Below are positions 1-8,465 of a DNA stretch of 64,000 nt, piece by piece (within the stretch, counting starts at the first letter, position 1; every line of letters begins with the position of its first letter). The DNA comes from a virus. The translations under genes and the position numbers were made by a program. The notes under the pieces are model-generated. The model saw only the letters and a list, made by a program, of their open reading frames with translations, was not told where the DNA came from and did no database searches. The DNA is taken from the IMG/VR virus record IMGVR_UViG_3300027826_000001, one strand, 5' to 3'.

Positions 1-647
1 GGATCTCCCGCCCACATATTGTAACCATAAGGATTACTTGGCCCACCAGGATTACTGACAGGCCCATTCCCAAAATTCAACTGCTGCATAAAATGCTGAT
101 ACGGTTGACCTGGAGTAACAGTAGGCACCTGATACAAATTACTATTCGGGTTAGCCTGTTCTTGTGCGGTAACACTACCCCCTAACCCCATTGCCTTATT
201 AAACGCATCGGGGTTAAAATTCCCCATCGTCATATACTGATTCCAGGCGTTATCAAACTGGGATTGACTAAAAGCAGGAGCTTGTCCAACATTCGAAAAC
301 CAAGCATCCATATTCTGGTTTAAATTTTTGGCGTAACTCGGTTGGGTAAAAGCGTTAGGATCGTTGGAACCACCTGCAAAACCACTAGCATAGGGGCTTC
401 CAGGAGGGGCACCACCGCCGTTAGTATTCGGAGGGGCTATTCCGCCACCAGCACCACTCGGATTCGGCATATAACCATTACCGACACCCCCACCCGAACC
501 CGTACCTTGAGGATTTACAGGAGGAGCCGGAGGAGCATACCCAACACCAGTACCCGTACTAGGATTTGCAGTTTGTCCAGTGGGAGTGTATCCAGTACCC
601 ATCTGGTAAAGTTGTGCAGGAGTATAACTTCCGGGATTAAATGCCAT
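1..647 (-). CDS. G/P/N/Q-rich low-complexity virion-block protein; 3' end lies beyond the window
   Basis: ATG at 647..645 and the frame stays open to nt 1, so it is absent from the ORF track. Translation begins MAFNPGSYTPAQLYQMGTGYTPTG... Composition matches the neighbouring minus-strand genes. The + ORF 342..656 is its antisense shadow. Confidence 0.6.
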   Translation of the reverse strand, partial: MAFNPGSYTPAQLYQMGTGYTPTGQTANPSTGTGVGYAPPAPPVNPQGTGSGGGVGNGYMPNPSGAGGGIAPPNTNGGGAPPGSPYASGFAGGSNDPNAFTQPSYAKNLNQNMDAWFSNVGQAPAFSQSQFDNAWNQYMTMGNFNPDAFNKAMGLGGSVTAQEQANPNSNLYQVPTVTPGQPYQHFMQQLNFGNGPVSNPGGPSNPYGYNMWAGD

Positions 648-698
648 GTAAAATAGGAATCTCTCGTCTATACCTATTTTACCTTATTTTACAAGTCT

Positions 699-1235
699 TT
701 ACGGAAGTAGTTCCAACCACCGGGTAGGACCCATAGGCCCTTGTCCCACATGAAGTTTGTAGTTTTTACCGTTTTCACTAAACGTATAGCCGTCTTGAAA
801 GTTATTCTGAGGAAAACCCGTTCCCAAAGCACATACATTACCCCAACAAGTACCCGCCTGAGGGCTAGGAGCCGGTACAGACGACGCCGGAGCTTGAAAG
901 GGAGGATAATCATTAGCGTCCAAAGACACTTTAATACTGCCAGCCGGAGGATGAAGAGGATCATATGGAGCCGTACCCGGTTGACTTACCCCAGGAGCGA
1001 CAGCGATATTCGGCTGTAAAAGTGAAGGAACCCAAGTATAACCATACTGTTGCCGATATTGCATAACCAAAACAGGGTCCCAATTCCACCCCATAATAGG
1101 CATGTCGATAATAAACCCTTGCGTAGCCAACGTAGCCAACGTATGGGCCTTACTGTCGCTAAACGGAACATTCCTAAGTGCCTGTACTTGAGGGTCAAAA
1201 TGCGCCCAATAAATATCGTCCGTCAAAGTTGCCAT
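699..1235 (-). CDS. hypothetical virion-block protein (178 aa)
   Basis: ORF track 699..1304. I prefer ATG 1235 (MATLTDDIYW...), which has GAGG about 9 nt upstream and lies 13 nt after the stop of 1249..1506. Confidence 0.7.
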   Translation of the reverse strand: MATLTDDIYWAHFDPQVQALRNVPFSDSKAHTLATLATQGFIIDMPIMGWNWDPVLVMQYRQQYGYTWVPSLLQPNIAVAPGVSQPGTAPYDPLHPPAGSIKVSLDANDYPPFQAPASSVPAPSPQAGTCWGNVCALGTGFPQNNFQDGYTFSENGKNYKLHVGQGPMGPTRWLELLP

Positions 1236-1248
1236 GTGTAAAACCTCG

Positions 1249-1506
1249 TTAATTCTTTGGAGTACTATTGGTACTGTTTCCGCTAGTGGCCTGTTTACTA
1301 TCATGGATATTTTTAATCAAGCCAAAAATAAGATTAACAAACTCCGTATTCAATTTTACCAAAGGATCAATTAGCTTCTGTCCCTCGGGGGTTGCTAAAA
1401 AGTTGAAAATTGCTGTAACTGGGTCCATACCTATTTTATTACTCCTCAAAAATGCTTTCAGAATCCTTGTATTAAAAAACTTATATATTTCCCACACGGG
1501 CCGCAT
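1249..1506 (-). CDS. hypothetical protein (85 aa)
   Basis: ORF track. The ATG abuts the stop of the upstream gene (TAA 1509..1507, ATG 1506..1504). Confidence 0.65.
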   Translation of the reverse strand: MRPVWEIYKFFNTRILKAFLRSNKIGMDPVTAIFNFLATPEGQKLIDPLVKLNTEFVNLIFGLIKNIHDSKQATSGNSTNSTPKN

Positions 1507-1944
1507 TTATTGACCATCATCGCCACTTGAAGTATCCCCGCCCCCACTTGCAGGCATTGGACCAGTAGTTGGTTGAAATTGACTACCCGCTTGTGCTCCA
1601 AAAATCTTTTTAAACATCTTCGCTAATCCCTGTCCAAGAGGATTACTTGCCAGCCTATTCATTGCGGCTTCCTGACTCGATTGCTGGAACTGAGCCTGTT
1701 GAGCCTGCTGAAACTTTTGCTGTTTTTGTAGCTGTTCCCCAAACTGTCCCAAAGCACTAAATAACATATGCTGGAAGTCGGGATGCAAATTCCGATACTG
1801 GTCCTGCCCCTGTGCATTCTGTCCTACTCCCGGTTGCGATTGTCCAAAGAAAGGAACATTTACACTATTAGCATCCGTTTGGGCCGGAGTCATATCCAGT
1901 TGCCCAATTTGCGAACCGCCAGTAGTAGGTCCTTGTCCTGGCAT
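1507..1944 (-). CDS. Q/G-rich low-complexity protein (145 aa)
   Basis: ORF track. Tightly packed in the minus-strand operon. Contains QKQQKFQQAQQAQFQQ and G/P/T-rich tracts. Confidence 0.7.
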   Translation of the reverse strand: MPGQGPTTGGSQIGQLDMTPAQTDANSVNVPFFGQSQPGVGQNAQGQDQYRNLHPDFQHMLFSALGQFGEQLQKQQKFQQAQQAQFQQSSQEAAMNRLASNPLGQGLAKMFKKIFGAQAGSQFQPTTGPMPASGGGDTSSGDDGQ

Positions 1945-1945
1945 A

Positions 1946-2287
1946 CTATTTAACCTTCTGCTTTGGTTGTGGAGCCGCTAAAATATCCTGAGGATTCGGA
2001 GGGGGAACTTTCTTTCCCTTTTTCTGAACCGTAATAGGCGTGGGACTATCCGCAGCCGCCGAACTAGTTTTCTTCGCCTTTAATGCAGCATCCGCCGCCT
2101 GTTGAGCATTTCTCTTTTGTTGTTCCATGAAAGTTGGATCATAACCTCCCTGTACAGCATTTGGGGAAGCTGTTGAATTATCCTTACCTGCCCCGCCTAC
2201 GGAAGCGGCCTTTTTAAGTGCCCCACCACCAGCAGCAAAATCTTTAATCTTATCCCAAACATTTCGTCCATCATCGTCCATTGGCAT
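1946..2287 (-). CDS. A/K/P-rich basic protein (113 aa)
   Basis: ORF track. One-nt spacing to the next gene. Low-complexity A/K/G/P composition. Confidence 0.7.
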   Translation of the reverse strand: MPMDDDGRNVWDKIKDFAAGGGALKKAASVGGAGKDNSTASPNAVQGGYDPTFMEQQKRNAQQAADAALKAKKTSSAAADSPTPITVQKKGKKVPPPNPQDILAAPQPKQKVK

Positions 2288-2289
2288 GT

Positions 2290-2619
2290 TTATTCCTCAC
2301 CCGCACCCTTAGCAAGTATCGCCTGTGGGTTTGTGCTTCGGCTACGAGTACGTTTTGGTTTCTTTTGTTCATTCATATATTGATCTACCAACGGAGCCAA
2401 ATAATCTGTACTCTGAAATGCTGGACCTCTTTGAGTCGTAGGAGCATTACCCGCAAAGGGAGCAAAAACACCCTGCATATTAGGCGTAGGCGCAATACCC
2501 TGTGTAGTTTGGGGCACAGCCTGACCTGCAAATAACTTCTGTAAAGTCTGATTATTCTTTACAAAGTTAATAATGGCATCTAATACATTAGGCTGTTGCT
2601 GGCCAGTCGTAGGAGTCAT
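2290..2619 (-). CDS. hypothetical protein (109 aa), P/Q/T-rich
   Basis: ORF track. Packed in the operon. Confidence 0.7.
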   Translation of the reverse strand: MTPTTGQQQPNVLDAIINFVKNNQTLQKLFAGQAVPQTTQGIAPTPNMQGVFAPFAGNAPTTQRGPAFQSTDYLAPLVDQYMNEQKKPKRTRSRSTNPQAILAKGAGEE

Positions 2620-2735
2620 GAAGGTATAAGGTTACTAAGTAAAGTTATTCCATTATTAATTGCATTCGTCCACCATTGGTATGCCGTTTGAAGCATAAGG
2701 GGACCAAGTATAGCGTATAGAGTAATCTTTTTCAT
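2616..2735 (-). CDS. 39-aa small hydrophobic protein
   Basis: Below the ORF-track cutoff. MKKITLYAILGPLMLQTAYQWWTNAINNGITLLSNLIPS. ATGA overlaps at both ends (2735/2732 and 2619/2616) suggest translational coupling. Confidence 0.45.
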   Translation of the reverse strand: MKKITLYAILGPLMLQTAYQWWTNAINNGITLLSNLIPS

Positions 2736-2917
2736 TTCTTTTTAGCCGCCAAGATAGCATTCGGGTTAGGAGCTTTAGATTTCTTATGTGCTGGAAGTTT
2801 ACTAATATTTGGAGTTTCATCGGCCCAGGATTTAGCTTTACTTTTCATTTCGTCTCCGAGATAACCCCCGAACGCAGCACGCATTTGAGCTTTAGATTTA
2901 AATGGCATGTTAGTCAC
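2732..2917 (-). CDS. small basic protein (61 aa)
   Basis: ORF track. MTNMPFKSKAQMRAAFGG... A similar K/A-rich small protein is at 40761..40928. Confidence 0.6.
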   Translation of the reverse strand: MTNMPFKSKAQMRAAFGGYLGDEMKSKAKSWADETPNISKLPAHKKSKAPNPNAILAAKKK

Positions 2918-3037
2918 TCATACATCGTCTACCTCTGCGGGATACGTAGGACGCGGTAAAGTATAGATTTCCAAGGGTTTATCCTCTTGAAAATTACCAT
3001 CATCTTCAAACCTATCCTGTTCGTGTTTTTCGTCCAT
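2918..3037 (-). CDS. 39-aa acidic microprotein (tentative)
   Basis: ATG 3037..3035, TGA 2920..2918, directly abutting ATG 2917. MDEKHEQDRFEDDGNFQEDKPLEIYTLPRPTYPAEVDDV. RBS is weak. Confidence 0.35.
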   Translation of the reverse strand: MDEKHEQDRFEDDGNFQEDKPLEIYTLPRPTYPAEVDDV

Positions 3038-3051
3038 ATCCGCTACTCTTA

Positions 3052-3480
3052 TTATACCCTGTAGTTACGCATACCGTTTAGCTGGTTATCCGACATTTTA
3101 GACCTTACTGGATCAGCTTCCCAACGGCTACAACAGGCTCCGGGGTGAATAATACCCACGGTAGGCCCTCCGCTTTCATCCACCTTTTTACACATTTTGG
3201 TATCGGCTATAAATTCTTCGCAACGCCTACACCCAAAGCCCTTTTCGTTTTCGGTATAACCCGTCTGTTCCTTAGTCCTATCATGGGTCCCTTGCACGTA
3301 TCCATGTTTCTGAGTACGCCAGTCGTTACAAGACCCATAGGGTTTAACGTTTTTATCCGATTCGATATAATTACTACAGTTACCCTGTGGGCTTATAAAA
3401 GCGCATTCTTTACAAGTGTAATTAGTTGGAGGGTTAAAAACGTATAAAACTAACGACTTATTCAGCTTTTCGGATTTCAT
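3052..3480 (-). CDS. Cys-rich protein with two HiPIP-like CxxC...C...CxxW modules
   Basis: CKECAFISPQGNCSNYIESDKNVKPYGSCNDW and CRRCEEFIADTKMCKKVDESGGPTVGIIHPGACCSRW. The spacing resembles high-potential iron-sulfur proteins. Confidence 0.7.
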   Translation of the reverse strand: MKSEKLNKSLVLYVFNPPTNYTCKECAFISPQGNCSNYIESDKNVKPYGSCNDWRTQKHGYVQGTHDRTKEQTGYTENEKGFGCRRCEEFIADTKMCKKVDESGGPTVGIIHPGACCSRWEADPVRSKMSDNQLNGMRNYRV

Positions 3481-3808
3481 AATAGTTTTTTAAAGGTGTA
3501 TCGGGGTCGAATTGCGGAAACTTACTAGCGACGAACTGAAAATAAGCTTCAGAGTTATTCTCGGAAGGGGGTGCCCAGTTATATACTAACTGTCTTAAAC
3601 TCTGTCCCCTACGCACGTCCAAAGCCAACTGAGTAATACCCCAAGCAATACCATCCGCGATAGTAGGAAAGTCGGCAATCTTGTATGGTGGAGTATAGTT
3701 CCTTAGGTCCCCTGGATTGTTATGTGTCTGGGGAATATCCGGCGTCCCATCCCGCCAAAAACCCTCTTCCGTAGCAATAACCGATAACAACTCTTCCAGG
3801 TCTAACAT
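3458..3808 (-). CDS. hypothetical protein (116 aa) with NNPGDLR motif
   Basis: ORF track. Start overlaps the stop of the upstream gene at 3808. Confidence 0.7.
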   Translation of the reverse strand: MLDLEELLSVIATEEGFWRDGTPDIPQTHNNPGDLRNYTPPYKIADFPTIADGIAWGITQLALDVRRGQSLRQLVYNWAPPSENNSEAYFQFVASKFPQFDPDTPLKNYYEIRKAE

Positions 3809-4218
3809 TAATTTTCCTTCATATATGGTTGAAGTGCCTCTATCAAAGTATCCTGTGCCTCACCCGGTACGCCTAACTGTTCCATTTTAATATGTAGAAG
3901 TTCATGTCGAAGGACTTGTCTCTGTTGCACCTTACGTTCCTTCATAGGCATTTGGGCGGGATAATCTTCAAGAGCCATTATATCTATCTCGGGGTATCCC
4001 TTATCAAAATGAACATCGCCCCACACATTTTTCTCATGCATGTCTTGAGGGTGTTTCACATTCATAACAATATAGATATTTTGAAACCCAAACATCTTTT
4101 CATCATTCCATAGCTGCTTATACAAAGCCTGTGTCTGTTCCCCAAGAGACGGGGGATTTGAGGTTCCGGAGAAAGGAAACGATATTAAAAATAAAGCAGC
4201 TAGAAATTTCATAGACAT
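3808..4218 (-). CDS. secreted small HExxH metallopeptidase-like protein
   Basis: N-terminal signal-like MSMKFLAALFLISFPFSG. Zinc motif RHELLH near the C-terminus. Confidence 0.7.
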   Translation of the reverse strand: MSMKFLAALFLISFPFSGTSNPPSLGEQTQALYKQLWNDEKMFGFQNIYIVMNVKHPQDMHEKNVWGDVHFDKGYPEIDIMALEDYPAQMPMKERKVQQRQVLRHELLHIKMEQLGVPGEAQDTLIEALQPYMKEN

Positions 4219-4223
4219 ATCTC

Positions 4224-4982
4224 TTAAAAAGAGAAACCCAAACCAAACAAAGCAGGACGGTAAGGACCTTGACTAACTAACGGTTCTGCCGGAGAGATAA
4301 TAGGCTCGGAAAGTTCCAGACCCTCTCTACTCGCAGCCCACTCGACCATGTTCATCATGACCGCAGCTTGACCATTAGAACTTATCTGTCCATTTGCCAT
4401 AGTAATCTGTCCCGCCCGAGGGTCGCTATCCATTTGCCACATAACCCACTTAGCCGTTTCAATCCACATTTCGAAGTAGATATCATCAAACGGTAACAGA
4501 GTCGTGGACAGATTTTCCGTCGTAATCTTAGCTGGTCTTTTTTTATAAACTCCCTCAATTAAGTACGTCGGGGAGCCAATATTATCCGGTATTCGAGGAA
4601 AAAGCCGGAAAGCCTTTTTTTCGCTTATATATCCAATTGCGTGCGGCAAGTACCGAATATGGGTAGTTTGCAAGTCTTTAATGACCGTAACAGGTTGTCT
4701 ATACGGTGGAGTATTGTCAGTCCTAACCAAGTTACACCAACGTAGACCATAAAAATCAGTAGGTATAGTGACTGTCGGAGCGCCATAATCTTGTTCGTTC
4801 GGAACGAGATAGAAAGGTGGTAATTGCCCAATTGACTCTCGCCAATCGTACTTATCCCATACCCAATTAAGCGTAGCATTCGCAATTATCGGTCCCAAAT
4901 CATCCACTAAACCACGGGAAGATTTACGTCCGACAATGGACATAACATCATTCCACGTATAAGTTGTTGGTCTAACAGCCAT
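4224..4982 (-). CDS. virion-block protein (252 aa), distant paralog of 5719..6426
   Basis: Motif order shared with the 235-aa protein: W.W..., DY...P.DF, YKK..., DD/DE-aromatic. Confidence 0.8.
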   Translation of the reverse strand: MAVRPTTYTWNDVMSIVGRKSSRGLVDDLGPIIANATLNWVWDKYDWRESIGQLPPFYLVPNEQDYGAPTVTIPTDFYGLRWCNLVRTDNTPPYRQPVTVIKDLQTTHIRYLPHAIGYISEKKAFRLFPRIPDNIGSPTYLIEGVYKKRPAKITTENLSTTLLPFDDIYFEMWIETAKWVMWQMDSDPRAGQITMANGQISSNGQAAVMMNMVEWAASREGLELSEPIISPAEPLVSQGPYRPALFGLGFSF

Positions 4983-5008
4983 GTACTATCTAACTCTATT
5001 GTACCGCT

Positions 5009-5719
5009 TTACTTATTCCATCCGGTCATAAAGTGCCGTATGAAGTAAATACCGGGAGGAAGGACGGGAAACTTGGAAATATCTATCCTCTGAAACTTCC
5101 ATTTGCCGCCACTTTTATGCAACCAAATAACTTCACCCGGTTCCCCTATGTCTTGGTTATAAATCTTAGCTGTGTAACCATCATCCCCTTTATCTGGATG
5201 GCCGTTATAGCAATGCAACCATGCGTCCACTAGCTGAATGTCATGGAAATGGGTAACTACTGCAATACGCTTAGTAGGATGTTCTTCCCACAATTCCATT
5301 AACTCACGTACTTTATTAAGTACACGGCTTTTAAATTGGTTAAAACTCTCTCCCGGTTTAGTACTTTTTGCTCCCATTCCAGGAGGGACTACCCAAGGAC
5401 GCTCGGCTACAAGGTCCTGAATATCTGGTAAAACGTCTTTAACGAACTTTCCTTCATAACCGCCCAAGTGCCAGCTTTCAAGCTCGGGCGAAGGGGCCAT
5501 AAAACGGGTTTCTGTACCACTCACCGCGATATGGGCACTATGGGCAGCACGCATCTGGGAAGAGTAGTAAATACGCCAAAAACCACCCAAACGCTTTATA
5601 TGTTCATTTAACTTACGTCCCTGCTCTTTACCCTCTTCCGAGATATTAAGTTCGGTAGACCCACGTATCACTTCGCCAGCCTTGGGTCCTTCGGCGGCTT
5701 CTCCCACTTTCCCCGGCAT
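5009..5719 (-). CDS. histidine-phosphatase (phosphoglycerate-mutase-like) superfamily protein
   Basis: SSQMRAAHSAHIA, PGESFNQFKSRV and VVTHFHDIQ match family motifs. The N-terminal RHG is degenerate (IRGSTELN), but the C-terminus ends IYFIRHFMTGWNK. Confidence 0.75.
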   Translation of the reverse strand: MPGKVGEAAEGPKAGEVIRGSTELNISEEGKEQGRKLNEHIKRLGGFWRIYYSSQMRAAHSAHIAVSGTETRFMAPSPELESWHLGGYEGKFVKDVLPDIQDLVAERPWVVPPGMGAKSTKPGESFNQFKSRVLNKVRELMELWEEHPTKRIAVVTHFHDIQLVDAWLHCYNGHPDKGDDGYTAKIYNQDIGEPGEVIWLHKSGGKWKFQRIDISKFPVLPPGIYFIRHFMTGWNK

Positions 5720-6426
5720 TATGTTAACTGCCTTTGTTCGTCTTGAATTGTGGAATCCATACCAGGAAGCTTTTCCCGTTGTTTCATAAGGGCTAAGTTT
5801 GCTTCGAATACACCCCGCTGACCCGTGAAACTGACTCGACCGCTAGACGGATCTACCTGTGCCGCCCCTGCTCGTTGGTCATCTCCGAAAAGATACGCAA
5901 AGTAAAGCACCCCACTCACATACACCCAAAACCATTCATCATCAAAAACCTGTACCCCAACGGTATTAGCGTTAGATGCAGTAATGATAGGGGCCTGTTT
6001 CTTATACAGCGTCTTAGCCGTCCAACCAATAGTAGGAACTTGTCCTATTTGGGGTGAAAACCGAATATTTCCACTAGCTCCCGGCGTCCCACTAGTAAGA
6101 GCCATCCGTGTAGGATTACCCTTTATCCCCCCTTGATTAAGGTAGGGTTCAATATAAAGCTTTTTAGTCGGCCCACCCGCACTATCTGTAATATAGGCTT
6201 CCTGGATATAAAGAAAATCACTCGGTACCGTAATTGTATAATCCGACGTATCGTTTATCAGGGTAATATCGGGGAACGTACTTACGGACCATCGCCAAGG
6301 ACTATGCATCCACATCATTTTATTGGTATCATCCAATATCTGCACTTGCACCTGTTCCAAAGGCATATTTTTAATATACCTCTTAGCATAGTCAAATGCC
6401 TGCTGTGGATAGTAAGTACTCGACAT
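5719..6426 (-). CDS. virion-block protein (235 aa), distant paralog of 4224..4982
   Basis: ORF track. See the paralog note at 4224..4982. Confidence 0.8.
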   Translation of the reverse strand: MSSTYYPQQAFDYAKRYIKNMPLEQVQVQILDDTNKMMWMHSPWRWSVSTFPDITLINDTSDYTITVPSDFLYIQEAYITDSAGGPTKKLYIEPYLNQGGIKGNPTRMALTSGTPGASGNIRFSPQIGQVPTIGWTAKTLYKKQAPIITASNANTVGVQVFDDEWFWVYVSGVLYFAYLFGDDQRAGAAQVDPSSGRVSFTGQRGVFEANLALMKQREKLPGMDSTIQDEQRQLT

Positions 6427-6435
6427 ACCTACCTC

Positions 6436-6822
6436 TTATTCAGGACCGCCAATTTTGGTACTATCAGGGCGAAGGTCAGGCGGAATAGTATGTTGATTAT
6501 ATTGTTTTTGACAGTAGGAACATAGGAAAATATAATTATGCTGATGATCCCGTTGCCCAACAATAGCAGACTGTCCATTGGGTTTCTTATGGGGACAGTA
6601 AGCTTGTACTGCTTCTTCCTGTTTTCGTGCCTTTTCCATCTGAAGTGCGGCATCTAATCGCGCCTTCTTATGTGAATTTTCTGCTTCTTCCTGCTCTTTA
6701 ACCTGCTTCGAAACCTGCTTCAACTGGAGAGCCAGCAAAGCCTTTCTAAGTTCAGCTTCTTCTTGGTCCACCGGCAATTGATGCTCGGAAGGAATAACTA
6801 GAGTTCCATCGTTTTTAGGCAT
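6436..6822 (-). CDS. hypothetical protein (128 aa), coiled-coil N-terminus plus Cys/His C-terminus
   Basis: ORF track. E/K/Q heptad-like N-terminal half, then YCPHKK...CSYCQ. Confidence 0.7.
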   Translation of the reverse strand: MPKNDGTLVIPSEHQLPVDQEEAELRKALLALQLKQVSKQVKEQEEAENSHKKARLDAALQMEKARKQEEAVQAYCPHKKPNGQSAIVGQRDHQHNYIFLCSYCQKQYNQHTIPPDLRPDSTKIGGPE

Positions 6823-6847
6823 ATATAAGTTGTTCTCTTACTTTATT

Positions 6848-7525
6848 TTACCACGGTAGAGTGGCGGTTGGAAGTTTACCGGTATGACCCGCCCAAGAGG
6901 GATGATCTTTGGAACCAAACACCCGCTCGGCATCGGTTAGGGTAATAACTTGGGCTAGGATAAGTTTTAACAGTATCGTCCTCCACCCACGTTTAATTTC
7001 ATGCCCTATAGTCTTGACCTTTATAAAACCCGGCCTAACTGTACTATCGTCAAAAACAAATCCTTGACCCGGTTTATAATCGAACTTACCCAAGTCCTTA
7101 CGGCTCACAGTCTTCTTACGAGATATAACATCGGGGTCCGGTATCTCTTTCTCCACCAACTGCATAATGGAATGTTCGGGAATGATACCTCGTTCATAAG
7201 GACACAAAGTCTCATAACCAACGTAAAATAACTGGGGACTAGCGGGCCGAATAATAGCCCTAAAACCCTGTCGGAAGGGGTTATCAATGAAGGCAATATT
7301 GTAAGGAAGTATGGAAGCTAGTTTCTTTTCGAACATAGCCGAATCCATATAGTTACCTAGTTGTTTAATACTATCGGTCGGATTGACTAGCCTATCCTCC
7401 ACATAGACCATATGGGACTTTTCATATTCTAGTTCTTTTAGAATTGCTTCCTTTTGCTTCTCGACCTGATCCCCTTGTCTAATAACCTTAAACTGCTTAT
7501 CATTAGCTAAAATATGATGAGACAT
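6848..7525 (-). CDS. hypothetical protein (225 aa)
   Basis: ORF track. Clean ORF in the operon. Confidence 0.8.
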   Translation of the reverse strand: MSHHILANDKQFKVIRQGDQVEKQKEAILKELEYEKSHMVYVEDRLVNPTDSIKQLGNYMDSAMFEKKLASILPYNIAFIDNPFRQGFRAIIRPASPQLFYVGYETLCPYERGIIPEHSIMQLVEKEIPDPDVISRKKTVSRKDLGKFDYKPGQGFVFDDSTVRPGFIKVKTIGHEIKRGWRTILLKLILAQVITLTDAERVFGSKDHPSWAGHTGKLPTATLPW

Positions 7526-7531
7526 ATATCC

Positions 7532-7804
7532 TTATTTCTTGCGGTCAATACTATCTCGTAAATCGTCCACCGACTGCTTCAATCTACCCATCTCATAGCG
7601 TAAATTATTCAAATCGTCATGTAGAGCCTTGTTATCCGATTGTAAGTTTTGCATGAGGTTAGATTGGTTTTGGTAACCAACGCGAAAACCCCCATATCCA
7701 ATGGACAAGGAAGCCACAATAATGATGAGATATATTAGCCACGACAGAGGTATTTTGATATCTTTCTTCAAAACGTTTTCTGCGGGCGGAAGGGTAAAAG
7801 GCAT
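7532..7804 (-). CDS. membrane-anchored coiled-coil protein (i-spanin-like topology)
   Basis: I prefer ATG 7804 (MPFTLPP...), 4 nt after the stop at 7809. TM segment WLIYLIIIVASLSIGYGGF followed by a coiled coil. Confidence 0.6.
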   Translation of the reverse strand: MPFTLPPAENVLKKDIKIPLSWLIYLIIIVASLSIGYGGFRVGYQNQSNLMQNLQSDNKALHDDLNNLRYEMGRLKQSVDDLRDSIDRKK

Positions 7805-7808
7805 GTTT

Positions 7809-8252
7809 TTAAGCGTCCGGTGTACTAGGAGTTCCAGGACCAACTGGTAGTGTAAGGGTCAAAAGGGGTGGAGTAAAGACATTCTGCGTCGTAACGGTAA
7901 AGTTACTTGTGGGACCCGCTATTTGGACGTTATTAGTGTCGTAGTAATAAGCGTTATAAACCGTACCGGGGGGTACTATGTCACTATTAAGGAATAAGCC
8001 ACACGCCGTATTTATCTGTCCATTAATAATCGGTATTCTCTGCCACAAAGGAAGGGTTATAGACGGAGCCAAGTTCCCATAGTTCGCACTCGGCCATTGA
8101 ACCGAGGAACCATTAACGGGAAGGATTAACTGTACGATTAAAAAACCATTAAACCCAGTCTGATTATCCGACCACAAGTATTGTGTATTGCCATCAAAAA
8201 GGGCTACACGAGGGGCGGGTACTGGCTGTTGACCGGGAGTAGGAGGAGGCAT
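7809..8252 (-). CDS. hypothetical protein (147 aa), Pro-rich N-terminus
   Basis: ORF track. Confidence 0.7.
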   Translation of the reverse strand: MPPPTPGQQPVPAPRVALFDGNTQYLWSDNQTGFNGFLIVQLILPVNGSSVQWPSANYGNLAPSITLPLWQRIPIINGQINTACGLFLNSDIVPPGTVYNAYYYDTNNVQIAGPTSNFTVTTQNVFTPPLLTLTLPVGPGTPSTPDA

Positions 8253-8294
8253 AGATTAGTTTTCTTCTCTATACCTATTTTAACAAAGAAGTTA

Positions 8295-8372
8295 TGGATG
8301 CGGGGGCCGCGATTTGAACGGGCGATCTCTAGGTCATGGGCCTAGTGAGTTACCAGACTTCTCCACCCCGCA
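8295..8372 (-). tRNA. tRNA-Met-like (anticodon CAU), initiator-like, CCA encoded, atypical T-stem
   Basis: Minus strand UGCGGGGUGGAGAAGUCUGGUAACUCACUAGGCCCAUGACCUAGAGAUCGCCCGUUCAAAUCGCGGCCCCCGCAUCCA. It has a 7-bp acceptor stem, anticodon stem CUAGG/CCUAG, loop CCCAUGA, and T-loop UUCAAAU. The T-stem pairs only if one C is bulged. Confidence 0.65.
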
Positions 8373-8393
8373 ATACTATTATACCGTGGAAGG

Positions 8394-8465
8394 CTGTGGA
8401 GGTAGGAATCGAACCTACATATTACTGATTAACAGTCAGTTCCATTACCGTTATGGTACCCCACA
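8394..8465 (-). tRNA. tRNA-Asn (anticodon GUU)
   Basis: Minus strand folds as UGUGGGG-UA-CCAU-AACGGUA-AUGG-A-ACUGA-CUGUUAA-UCAGU-AAUAU-GUAGG-UUCGAUU-CCUAC-CUCCACA-G. This is a clean cloverleaf. Confidence 0.85.

Noticed and set aside
342-656. 104-aa + strand ORF (R/T/S-rich)
   Set aside because: It lies antisense to a better minus-strand ORF that starts at 647 and runs off the window. Its composition (RRGTT..., RTRT...) is typical of a shadow frame, and it has no RBS.
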